The notes below the pieces were generated by a model. The model saw nothing but the letters and a program-made list of their open reading frames with translations, had not been told where the DNA came from and did not search any database. From the human T2T-CHM13v2.0 reference genome, Homo sapiens, in the NCBI RefSeq assembly GCF_009914755.1, contig NC_060935.1: a stretch of DNA of 64,000 nucleotides. One strand, given 5' to 3'. Below are positions 13,539 to 26,200 of this stretch, in pieces; position 1 is the first letter of the stretch, and each line of letters opens with the position of its first letter. The position numbers were made by a program, and so were the translations under genes.

Positions 13539-15109
13539 TGAGATACATCTCCTGCCTCCTAGACACTGTGCAAGACCCCCGCCCCAAGCCAGTGTGTCCC
13601 GACCGCAGGTCCAGCCACACCCAGTTCGGCAGGACACTGTGGAGCCACTGGCGGGCAAATGTGAATCCCCTGAGGAGGGAGGTCCGGGGTTGGAGATCTT
13701 TGTGCCTTTACAAAGCACACCCCTGACTCACACTGCACACTTCCCAGACAGCGGCCTTGAACCAGAAGGCTGGACACAGAGGTCAGCCTGCATCATAGGA
13801 GCCCTTCTATGGATGCCACAGAAGAAACTAAGAGGAATTAAAAATTCTGAGATGAAAACCCACACTTGAGGCCCAGTCTGGGGGTCTGTATTGGATACAA
13901 GAGGTAATAATTATAATCACGACAAATGATACAGGCCAGGCACTATTCTTAGTGCTTTAAATGCTTATTCTCACTTAATCCTTAAACATAACCCGATGCT
14001 AACACTGATAATGTGCACCTGTGGCCCTTTCATGAAATCCAAGAACTAAGGAGGCCTTAAAAAGCCTTCAGAGCCAGTCCCTTGTCTCCAAAAGCTCTTG
14101 CTTAGCACAAATAAATCAAACTGTCCTCCCCCTATTTTCCTTCCAAACAGTAAGACTTGCTAAGGTCTTAGGAATATAAAGATCCCACCTCTCTCCCAGT
14201 ACATCTGACCAGTCTGTCTGTGATAATTTTTAGTCCGGAGCTTCCCTGTTTTCATCCTTAGTCTGGTCGTACGCTACTCAGATCCACGCTACAGCAATAG
14301 CCACCTGCACCAAGCTCACCTTACTGCACAGCTGGGGTCATGGGAGAGGCCTATTCTCATCACCTGCTTGCTCCCCTGTGTGAGAGAGTGAGGAGTTGGG
14401 CTCCATGTCTGCCGAAGGCCTTTTGTTATCGTCAAAAGCATTTTACAGGGAAAGAAACTGAGGTAGGGAAAGAGAGGTGCCCTGGAGAATAAGTGCAGGA
14501 TTCTGGACTTCAGCCCTGCTCTGTCTGCCTGGCTGTTGGTGGAGGGCAGGGAGTCTTCCTGCTATGAGTAGGTTTCCTTCGATCCCAGAGCCAGCCCCAA
14601 ACTCCAGCCCTTGGGCCCCACCTCACAGGGAGGGATCACATCCATTTGGGGGCAAAGAGCCATGAGGGGCCACCTGCACTGTGGCTCTTTGAAGGGCCCA
14701 CCTTTTCTAGGTAGCTGCCACCCTGTTTTCTCATTCCCATCCCAGTCCAGCAGGCTGAGGCAGCGAGATACAGGTACCTGAGAGAGCTCTGCGCAGAGAG
14801 CCACAATGCAGGGGCTCCCGCATCTGGATGAACATTTACCAAGCTTCCAGCATCTCTAGCTTCATACATATTCGTGCGCTAGAGAGACAGCAGAATGTAC
14901 AATCCTGCCAGCTCACCCCTGAGAAAGCATTGATACTCACTTGTTGAACAGAGAGCTGTTTACTCGGGTGGGGGATTTTTAAAAACAGGCTACGGAACCC
15001 TGAAGCTGATTAGGCCGAGGGTGAGAGCATGGGGTGCGGGCAGCGCAGAATCAGTGCAGAATCTGCCAGTCCGTTCCCTTGTCCACTTTCCAAGGCTATG
15101 ATCAAGGTC

Positions 15110-15400
15110 AAGTGAGATAATAGGTGTGAAGGTTCTTTGTAAACTGTAAAACACCCTGATAACAACATGTAACATTCGTAAGGTGCTCATGCCATACCAA
15201 GTGTTGTTCTAAATAGTTATATAACTCATTCTACCCTTACAATAGTCCTAAGAAGCAACTATTATTACGATCATTCCCTTTACACAGACGGGCAGACTGA
15301 GGTGAGAAAGATTAAGTAAGCTGCCCCAAATTCCAGAGCTAGAAAGTAGCAGAGCCTAGATTCAATCCCAAGCAACCTGGCTCCAGGGTCCTTGCTCTGA
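15110..15400. mobile_element. MIR fragments
   Basis: MIR core-like text (acagacgggcagactgaggtgagaaagattaagtaagctgccc). Confidence 0.6.
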
Positions 15401-17344
15401 GCACTCAGCTCTCCCTCCTCTCTGCCACTCAGTGGCTCTGTGGCCTCGGGAGCGTTACTTGGCTTCTCAGAGTCTTGGCTTCTGCAACTGCAAGATGGGC
15501 CTAACAGCATGCATCTCGGGATCAGTGAGGGTCAGATGAGGTGGTCTTTGTGCCCACATCAGTCCCCTCTTCTGTGAATGACATCCCCTTTTGGAAGGGA
15601 GCCTGCTCTGTCCCCACTCGAACCCTGCTGGTCTATGGGAGCCTGCCAATCTCAGCTCCTTCCCTGTAGCTAAAAGACATGGTAGGAAAGACCTCAGCAT
15701 CCTGCCGGATGAAAGGAGGAGGAGTCTGTTGGGGGAGAAGTCGGCCAATAGCTGACAGGTACAGAGCTGGCAGGGGAGAGAGGCAGGGAGGAGGGGCCCA
15801 GAGAGCTTCCTAGCTGTGCCTCAGGCTCCTGTGTTCCCACACCAGAGGGCCCCACCCTTCCCGAGTCTGGCTCTGTAAACTGATACCCCTGCTTCAACTA
15901 AATTAGATGGAGTTCTGTTGCTGTCATTTGCAATGAAAAGAGACGGCCTGTGGACGGAGCTGAGTGCAGCCTGGCGAATAGTAACTGCTGGTGAAGCATC
16001 ACCTGTTAGTATCATTACTGTATCACTGCCCAACTCTGTCCTTGGCTTCCTCCTTCATTTCTACCTTTTCCAGGAAAATGGAAAGATAAACAGAGATAGG
16101 GGCTAGGGAGAGGGCCCAGTTACTTCCTCCCCCTTCCCTTCCTTTTAACATTGTCCTCCAACCACTGGAAGGCTCCAGGGTCCTCGTGTGGTCACAGGAC
16201 GTGGAGGGTCCTCGTGAGGTCACAGGATGTGGAGGGGCCTCGGCCCACAGCTGACACTGGCTCCCGGCCACTGCCTTTTCCTGCCTCAAGACAAACATCC
16301 TATGTCATCCAGAGCTGCAGATATGTGGCCCAGGGAGGACACATCTGGCTGGGACAGCTAAAGCAAGGGACACATCTTCCCAGGCCCAAACTGAGGGCAC
16401 CCCCACGAGAGACACAGAAGCAAGACAGACAGAGGACATGAGGCAGCAGGAGAGGAGAGAAAACCCGGAGGAGGAGAAACTGAAAAGGCGATGCCCCAGA
16501 GGAAGTGGGAGAGGCAGGCAAAGGAAAGAGAAAGAAAGAGGCTTCGAGACGGGAGAGGCTGGCCCAGGGGCCAAGTCCCCGCAGAAACTGAGCTGGAAAA
16601 TGGGAAGGAGGGACACAGGTGGTGAAGCCAGGAGAGGTGGAGGCTGCTGAGAGAAGAGAATTGGCTTTAGAGGAAGCATCAAGCAAGCCCTCACGTCATC
16701 CTCCTCCTTCTGAGGCCTCGGCTGCCCTGGGTGCCTCCACCATGCCCTAGGTGCCTCCACCATGCCCTGCGTGCCCCACTCACACAGATGCACCTAAAAG
16801 CAGAGACAGGAAAATGCACCAGGGCAGGGTATGAGAAGGAAAAGTCAACAGACAGCTGCTGTTCCTGGGAGAAAACAACTCACGCCCTTCCCTGGCTACA
16901 GGGCCGCTGCCCAGAAGACACAGTGTCTCTGCTGGAAAGAGACCAGGAGCTGCGGCTATCCCAGACCGAGGCCCAGCCCACAAGGTCCTCAGCCACCTCC
17001 TCTGGTCACCATGCCCAATCTTCTTCCTTCACCAAGGTCATTCAAGGAGAAGCCACTGCCTCCCACAAAGGGCCCCTTCAGGGTATCTCTCTAGAAGGGT
17101 TGGGCCCTGAGACACACAGGCAGGGCCAAATGGACTTCTGCAAAACCAAGGTGCTGTTCCTAAGATGGCCCTGTTCCTCCCTCCTCCTTGGGTTGAGGAG
17201 GTCACGGCAAGATGTATCAAGATAGGAACTCTTGTCCCTCAGGCCTGGGCCCTTCAGTGTATCTGTGACTGTCAAAAGAGAAAGGGGAGCTGCTGTGTCT
17301 TACATGTTGCATATTCCTGTTCCCTGCCCACATTGGTCAAAGGG

Positions 17345-17379
17345 GATGATGATGATGATGATGATGATGATGTGATGAT
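17345..17379. repeat. (GAT)n microsatellite, followed by MIR (~17390-17560)
   Basis: gatgatgat... read directly. Confidence 0.85.
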
Positions 17380-18941
17380 GTTATACACCAGTCATTTATA
17401 AGACACCTTATTCACCAGATAACATTACAAGCATTAGCTCAAAGAAACATCACAACTCCATGGGATGTTGGTTATTACTGCTATTTTACAGATTAGAAAA
17501 GGAGAGGCTCAGGCTTATGCTATTGCCCAAGGCCCAACAGCTAACAAAAGCATACCTGGAACTGTCACTAATTCTGCTGGTGCCATGCACCTTCCACTCT
17601 TTCTTGCTGCCTCCCTGGCACATGTGGAAATGGGCAGGAACTAAGGGAAATAAAATTGGAGGCCCCAATTTATTCCTGGAATGCAAAAATGTTTCAACAT
17701 ATGAAAATCAAGCAATATAATATACCACATTAGCAAAACGGAGGGAAAAAAAACCACACGATCATCTCAATTGATGCAGAAAAAGCATTTGACATCAACA
17801 TCCTCCCATGAGGAAAACATTCAACAAATTAGGAATAGAAGGAAACTACCTCAACATAATACAAGCCATAAGTTTAAAAAAAAAAAAAACCCACAGCAAA
17901 CATCACACTCAATGGTCAAAGACTTAACGCTTTTCCTCTAACATCAGGAACAAGGCAAGGATATCCACTTTCACCATTTCTGTTTAACACAGTATTGGAA
18001 GTCCTAGCCAGAGCAACTATGCAAAATAAACAAATAAGTAAAAGGCATCCAAATTGGAAAGGAAGAAGTAAAATGATCTCTGTTCACAGATGGTATCATC
18101 TTATACATAGAAAACCCTAAAGATCACACATAAAAACTGTAAGAACTAATAAATTCTGCAATGTAGCAGGACACAAGGTCAACACACAAAAAACAATTGC
18201 ATTTCTATACATTAACAATAAAAAATCTGAAGAGGAAACTAAAAAACAACTCCATATCATAATATCAAAAAGAATAAAATATTTAGAAATTAACCAAGAA
18301 GATGAGAAACTCATGCAATAGAAACATTTCTCAAAGAAATTAAAGAAGATGTAAATAAACGGAAAAAATAGTCCATGTTTGTAGATTGAAAGACCTAATA
18401 TTTTTAAGATATTAATACTATCCAAAATGATCTATAGATTTAATGCAATCCCTATCAAAATCCCAATGACATGTTTTTGTAGAAATAAAAAAATCTATGC
18501 TAAAATTCATATGGAATCTCAAGGGACCCTGGGTAGCCAAAAAAATCCTGAAAAAGAACAAAGCTGAAGGACTCAAGCTTCCTGATTTCAAATTCTACTA
18601 CAAGGCTACAGTATCAAAACAGTGTGTGACATAAGAACAGACATATATACACCAATAGAGTAGGATAAAGTCCAGAAATAACCCTCACATATGTGGTCAA
18701 AAGATTTTTGACTTGGGTGCCAAGACCATTCAATGGGGAAAAGACAGTCTTTTCAACAAGTAAGTGCCAGGAAAACCAGATGTACACATGCAAAAGAATA
18801 AAGGTAGACCCTTACTTAACACCACACACAAAATTTAACCTAACTGGATCCATGAGCTACACGTAAAACCTAAAACTTAAAACTCTTAGAAAAAAACAAA
18901 GCAAAAGCTTTATGACGTTGGATATGGCAATGGTTTCTTGA

Positions 18942-19284
<343 letters not shown>

Positions 19285-20042
19285 AAAAATTGGACTTTAT
19301 AAAAATGTAAAAATGTGCATCAAAAGACACAATCAACAGATCAAAAATACCACAGAGTGGAAGGAAATATTTTCAAATCATACATCTGCTAGAGACCTCC
19401 TAAAACTCAACAACAAAAAAAGCAAACAATTCAATTCAAAAATGAGCAAATAACTTGAACTAACATTTCTCCAAAGAAGATATACAAATGGCCAATAAGC
19501 ACATGGAAAGATGCTCAACCTCAATAATAATTAGGAAAATGCAAATCAAAACTACAATGCGTACCACCTCATATCCTTTAGGATAGCTGCTATAAAAAAA
19601 AGAAAGAAAATAACAAGTGTTGGTGAGGATGTGGAGAAATTGGAACCACTGTGCACTGTTGCTAGGAATGTAAAATGCACAGCTGCCATGGAAAACAGTA
19701 CAGTGGTTCCTTAAAATATTAAAAATAGAATTCCCATATGATCCAGCAATTCCACCTCTGGATATATACCCAAAAGAATTGGAAATAGAACCTTGAGGAG
19801 ATATTTGTAAACCCATGTTCATAGCAGCATTATTCACAATAGCTAAAACACAGAAGCAACCCAGGTGTTCATCAGTGGATTAATGGATAAGCAAAATGTG
19901 GTATATACACATAAAGGAATATTATTCAACCTTAAAAAGGAAGGAAATTCCAACACATGCATGAATCTTGTGCCCAGCAGCTGTGAGATGGACAGAGGCT
20001 GAGGAGGAACATAAGAGTGACTGTGGTGAGGTTGAGCATCCT

Positions 20043-20335
20043 GGCCAGGCACGGTGGGTCATGCCTGTAATCCCAGCACTTTGGGAGACCAAAGCGGGTG
20101 GATCACCTGAGGTCAAGAGTTCGAGACCAGTCTGGCCAACACGGCGAAACTCCATCTCTACTAAAATACAAAAAAATTAGCCGGGCGTGGTGGTGCGCGC
20201 CTGTAGTTCCAGCTACCCGGGAGGCTGAGGCAGGAGAATTGCTTGAACCCGGGTGGTGGAGGTTGCAGTGAGATCGTGCCATTGCACTCCAGCCTGGGCG
20301 ACAGAACAAGATTCCATCTCAAAAAAAACAAAAAA
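20043..20335 (+). mobile_element. AluS nested in L1, with ~28-30 bp flanking direct repeat
   Basis: Sense Alu; aagagtg(a/c)ctgtggtgagg(t/c)tgagcatc at 20013-20040 and 20334-20361. Confidence 0.92.
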
Positions 20336-22189
20336 GAGTGCCTGTGGTGAGGCTGAGCATCTTTCCATGTCCTTACTTGTTCCAGCTACAACATGGATGA
20401 ACCTTGAGGACGTGAGGCCAAGTGAAATAAGCCAGTCACAGAAGGACAAGTACTGTATGATTCCACTCATATGAGGCACGTAGAGTAGTCAAAATCAGAG
20501 ACAAAAAGGAGAATGGTGGTTGCCAGGGGCACCGGGAAGGGGGGAAATGGGGAGTGAGTGTTTAATGGGTATGGAGTTTCAGTTTCACAAGACGATGGGA
20601 GTTCTTGAGATGGATGGTGGTGATCGTTCCACAACAATATGGATATACTTACCTCGCTGCTGAAATGTACACTTAAAAATCATAGTACATTTTATGGTAT
20701 GTGTATTTTACCATACTAAAAAAAAACTGGGGGGGAAATGGGTATAGGTGACGGGAAAAAACATGTTGACCCTAACTCCTGACCAAGCTGGGCTCACCTG
20801 ATGAGGGTGTTCTTACCCAGGCCAAGGAAGAATAACCCAAAATACAGCTTTTCAGACTTTGGCATGCATTATCCCCTTTTTCCGCCTTTCACATTTTCTT
20901 GCCCAACTCTGTTCTGCTGACTATGACTGAGGTTGGGGTAAAGCTGGGACCCTGGGGCCTGTTAATAGGAGAGGTTGTGGCATGTCTGTTACCCATTGTC
21001 AGATCCCAGCTGTTCCCAGCGATGCCCCATCAGTCCCAGCTGAGCTTTGGCATCAGCACAGGCACTCCTGTGTCCCTCTCAGCCTCTGTCCATCTCACAG
21101 CTGCTGAGTGCCCCGCTGCACTTTGCCTAGCAGAATACCAGTGCATTTATGCTGAGTACTGGATGGAGTCCCAGACCAGTTGTAGGCTATCCTGTCCACT
21201 GGAGCTCAGCTCAGGGTGGGTGCCAACAGAACTACTAGCCGGCAGCCTTTCACCGTGGGCTGCAGAGCTGCAGATCACCTTTTTTTCTGGTATGGCTCAG
21301 AATTAGATGAGGGTGTAGAATCGAAATAAAGGCCACCCCTACTCAAAAATGTATCTGCCTCCACAACAATTCTTCCCAAGGAGAGACGTTTAAATGTCAC
21401 GGCATCACTACAAGAGAAATACTCCCAATCCTAACAGTCATTTATATCTTGGCCTGAGTTATTTAATCAGATTGCTTTCCACAGCAGAGAAATTTGCCTG
21501 CATTTAGGTGGAGAAATTGGGGGAGAAAGAGCGTACTTTTGGAACAAGGTGTAATTTTGGAAACAATGGCACCCTTATCCTTCCAGTAACCAAGTTAACA
21601 AATATTTATTGATGGCCTAATGCTTTCCAGCACTTCACTCATCACTGAGGACACTGCAGTGAGCAAGACAGACACAATCCCTGCCTCCCTGCCTGACGGA
21701 GGTTACGGCCTCACCAAGTTTCCGGGGCTTCCTCTCTCCTTCCCCATCTCCACACTGCATCTGTGGCAAAGTCCTAGCCATGCTCGCACTTGCAGTATCT
21801 CTCTAATTGGAACTTCCTTTCCGTCACTCCTCTGGGTAACTTACCTAATAGTGCAGTAGCTGGACCCATCTTTAACCTCCTCCTTCCCCTCTGTGCTGGA
21901 CACTGATTACTGCAGGACTAACCTTTCTAAAGTGTATTCTGAATACCTCCCTCCCAAACTCAAAGGCATTCGGTGGTGCCTCTACGTCCTATTTAGTTTT
22001 TTAAAATCCAAACTTCTTTCTGGCATATGAAAATCTCTAAGTGTACCTCTCTTCTACCCCTCCAGTATCTTCTCATTACTTTCAGCTAAGATGGTCTACG
22101 TTCCATCTTCTGCCACATGTGTCTCTAACTGCGTGCCTTTGTATATTCTGTTCCTTCTACTTACAATGCCCTTCCCTTCTTTGTTTATT

Positions 22190-22400
22190 CCAGTTCTCAA
22201 CCCTGGTTGTACCTTAGGATCACATGAAGAGCTTCAGAAAAAAAAAAGAAAGAAAGAAAGAAAAGAAAAAAGATGCCTGGAAATCAACTCAGCCACATTC
22301 AGCTCTAAACCCGGGCAGTGTAGCCAAGGGCAGTGTAGCCAAGGTATCGGTAATTTTGAGAATCTCCCCCACTCATTCTGATGTGCAGCCAAGGTTAATA
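22190..22400. mobile_element. MER5A-like hAT MITE, preceded by L2 fragments (~21600-22180)
   Basis: cagttctcaaccctggttgtaccttaggatcac...attctgatgtgcagccaaggtt. Confidence 0.65.
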
Positions 22401-22719
22401 AATGCTATCTTTGTCCAGCTGCCACTCCACGTAGACCCCTTTCTCCAGACTCCAAGAGCGCCTGTCGCCTGTCGTTGGCACTAATTTGGCGCATAGCACA
22501 TTCTGTTTCATGCTCGCTTCATTAAGATTCTCCTATCGGAAAAGTCTCTGTGCTACCCCATGATCTGTCCTCACCTGGGATGGTGAGGACGGCCGAAAGT
22601 GCTGGCTGATGGTTTGGTATGTTTGTCTCGAGGAGCGGAGAGAACACAGCTCCAATCACCAGGCCTTGAAACTGTGCTGCGTGGGGGGCATGAAAGGGAT
22701 GGAAAACCCAGTCCCATCA

Positions 22720-23240
22720 ACGTCAACAGCAATGAATCATCCTGATTGTATCGTCTTGGTGTGATGTGATGAAAATGGCACTTTCCCTCTGTGATCTTCC
22801 TCCCTAAAACCCATCACTCCAGTCTAATCATGAGGAGAACATCGAACAAATCCCAACAGGGCCACATCCTACAATACACCTGACCAGTGACCCTCAGAAC
22901 TGTCAAAGTCCTGGGAAGCCTGAGAAAAGGTCACCACCCAGAGGCACCAAAAGAGGCACGACTCAATGGAGTGTGGTATCCTGGATGGGATCCTAGAACA
23001 GAAAAAGGACATAAGGTACAAACGAACGACATTTTAATAAAGTGTCAATGTTAGTCAATATTATTGTACCAATATTTGTTCATTAATTGTAACAAATGTA
23101 CCACCCTAATGTAAGATCGTAATAATAGCAGAAACTGCATGCCAGGGGAGAAAATTGGAACTCATACAATCTGCCCAAGTTTTCTGTAAATCTAACTGTT
23201 CTAAAAAGATAGTCTATTCGTAGAAAAATAATAAAAATTC
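22720..23240 (+). mobile_element. L1MC/L1MD 3' end
   Basis: gtggtatcctggatgggatcctagaacagaaaaaggac...gtaacaaatgtaccaccctaatgtaagat; A-rich end. Confidence 0.75.
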
Positions 23241-26200
23241 AAAAATTCAGTTAAAAGCAATCCTCAACCCCATCCCAGCACTCCGGCTCCTGCTCACCTT
23301 TCCGGCATTTGATGAATCTGTAACAGGAGCTGGGCTTCTCTGGTTCAGAGCCTCAGAGCAAACAAACAACCATCAAGGGCTTTTAAAGCTGCCTTTTAAA
23401 ACAAGTGCTTTGGGTCGACCAGAGGCCACAGATCCATCAGTGGAAAATGCAACCAGTTCCCTCAATTTGCATTTTAAATGCCCATCAAATAAACAATTAA
23501 GCATCAATTATTGTTAAATCACCTAACTTGAAATGATTGCCCGCCCCGCCCAGCCAGCAATGTTCCAGAGAGGAGTCGAGGAGGAGACTGGACTCAGAGA
23601 CTGGCAAGGGAAAGGACAGAGCAGAGGGTGGTGAAATTCCAGCAGTCCATGGCTCAAGGAGGCTGCAGACACTGCTGAATTTCCCAAGCTGCCAGGAAGG
23701 CAGCTGGACAGTCTAGGAGCAGGACAGGGCACCTCCGCCCAGCGCATCACTGTGGCTGACACCTCCCAGGGTGGCCTTTCCCTCTCCTGTCAGGCGCCTT
23801 CAGTAGCCCAACGGCTCGAATGCTGCCCCTCCAACCCTCATTCATGGAAGAGGGGCACTCCCACTGCGAGGGTGCTGGAGGCTGAGTCGTCAGGTACCCT
23901 GGACTCAACCGGCCCAGACCCAACCCAGCCCGGCTGCACAGGGTGGAGCGGGAGAGGCAAAACTCTCTTGTCATATAGCAGGGGACTTATTTTTAACCTG
24001 GAGGCACCTTTATCTTTAACATGAAAACATGAAGTTCTTTCTAGGGAAGAGAAACTTGGACAGAGGAAAAAGAAGAAGAAGAAGAAGAAGAGAGAGAGAC
24101 AGAAAATAACTGACTGTGAAAAGAAATAAGGCCTCTTCCTTAGAAACAGAAACAGAATTCACAAATCACAAATCCAGGCCTGTTTTCTGGAAGTCTCCCT
24201 GGAAAGATCCCAAGCTGGACCATAAGCGGAGGCATGGTGGAGAGATCTTAGCCTCTGGTCTTTCAGTGCCGGCCTGGCTTTGTCCTCCAGCTGCATGCGG
24301 GTCACTGTCATTCCAATCACATCCCCTCATCCTTGGCCCTCTCTGCCCACATCAGATATTCTGAACTGGGGCAGCCCCATTCTCTGGGCCCCAGCCTGGT
24401 CCGTGGGGCCCCAGCCCCCTTCCCAGGTCTTGCTGTCACCTCACCATCACTGACAACCGTGACACTGTGGCATCCCAGCCATCACCCATGGACTTCTCAC
24501 AACAGCCCTCAGAAGCAGAAACACAGAACAGTACTGCGAGGCCAACTCAGGCACAGGCCAATGCCGCGCCTTGCCCAGAGGGAGTCAGAGTGGGATTCAG
24601 GCCTCCTGCCTGCCAGCACAGGGGCTGAGGCCCCTCTGGTTCCCCAGGAGATCTCGGTCTGGCTCCAGAGAGTCTGAATGGTGAGTGGTATTGCACAGAA
24701 GCCACAGGCTGGGGCCCCAGCAGGCTGCACGCCCCAGCAGGGCGTGATGGAGTCAGGCCAGGATGGGATCACCTCCCCCACACACCTGCTGACAAAGGCC
24801 CATTCAAGACAGGACAGACAGCAGTCCCAGCAGCAGACACAGAAACCCAGAGCAGCTGCCAGGGCCAGGAACCCAGAAGCCAGGCCCACGCCACCCTGCC
24901 CACAGCCAGGCCACAGCACCAGGCAGCCCCCTTTGCTCTCTCTGCCTACCTCTTTAGAAGGACAGCTCTGGCCTGCATGTTTCAGCCTACAGGGCACTTT
25001 GCACAATTTCATATTGTCTCCCTTTTAGGGGTAGAAGTGGCATGAAGATGAACCCTGACCCACGGGCCTGGATACCCAGAAATGTGCCCTGCCTTTAGAG
25101 GAGGGGGCTGTTGACCTGACTCTGTCTCTGTTTCAGGAAACACATTATCCCCTCCCTCCCCTCAATGCATCCTCATACCCACAGAGCCAAGGCCTACACC
25201 CCTTCCCATGTAGGGCTGTCACCAGTGTATGCCCCCATCACACCATAGCTCCCTGGGAGCACAGGCACACTCTGGCCATCTCTGGATCCCTGGCACTGAG
25301 CACAGCAGCTGCTCAATAAATGTTGATGTGTGAATGAAAGGACGCTTCAGCATCATTATCCCTTTACATCAAATCCATTCTAAGCTCAGAACAACCAAAG
25401 GATCTGTAGGGAATTTTTCAGGCATTTAAAACTTTCTCGGTATCCTCCTTCCTCCATTGCCTCATTTCTAATCTCTGTGTCTCTGTCAAATCCCAACTAC
25501 CAAAATGCTGTGAGGAATCAGCCTCTCTCCTTTGACTTCAGCTTTTAAGCATCTCTCAGACCTCAGATGGGGTCAAATTCTTAGTTTCTAGACTCTACCA
25601 AAGCAAGTGGGAGACTGAGGTGACGCACGGTAATAAAGGGATGTGCATCTTGGGAACGCGTGGTGTGCACCGGCGTATGGGAGACAGCCGGGAAGGGCGA
25701 CTAGGTGTCTACACCTCCTGGTGATGAGGACTCTTCCCCATGCGTGTCACAGCACACACGCTGTTCACTGGGCTTTCTCCACGTGTCTGACACTGTGCCA
25801 GGCACCGTGGGGAGAACAGACCTGCCATTGAGAGGCGGTGCAGTGGAGCGGGCGGGGTGGGAGGCGGGGCGTGTCCCTCTGCAGCTAAAATGCAGGTGTG
25901 TGCTCTCAAGGAAGAACTGACAGGACATTCACGGTATATGAGTATGTTTATTGGGAATTTTAATGCCTGTTTATTGGGAATATGGAATAATTACTTGAAA
26001 GAATAAACACTTGGGAGGAGCCACGAAGGATGATATAACAATAATAATGCCATTCTAATAATCCTAATAATGTGTCATTACTATCATTATTACAGCAGCT
26101 GATATCTCCTGAGTGTTTACTCCATGCTAGGCAGCATGCTGAGCCCTTTACACAGCTCGCCTCATACTGTCCTCACACTCATTTGACAGGTAAGGAAACT

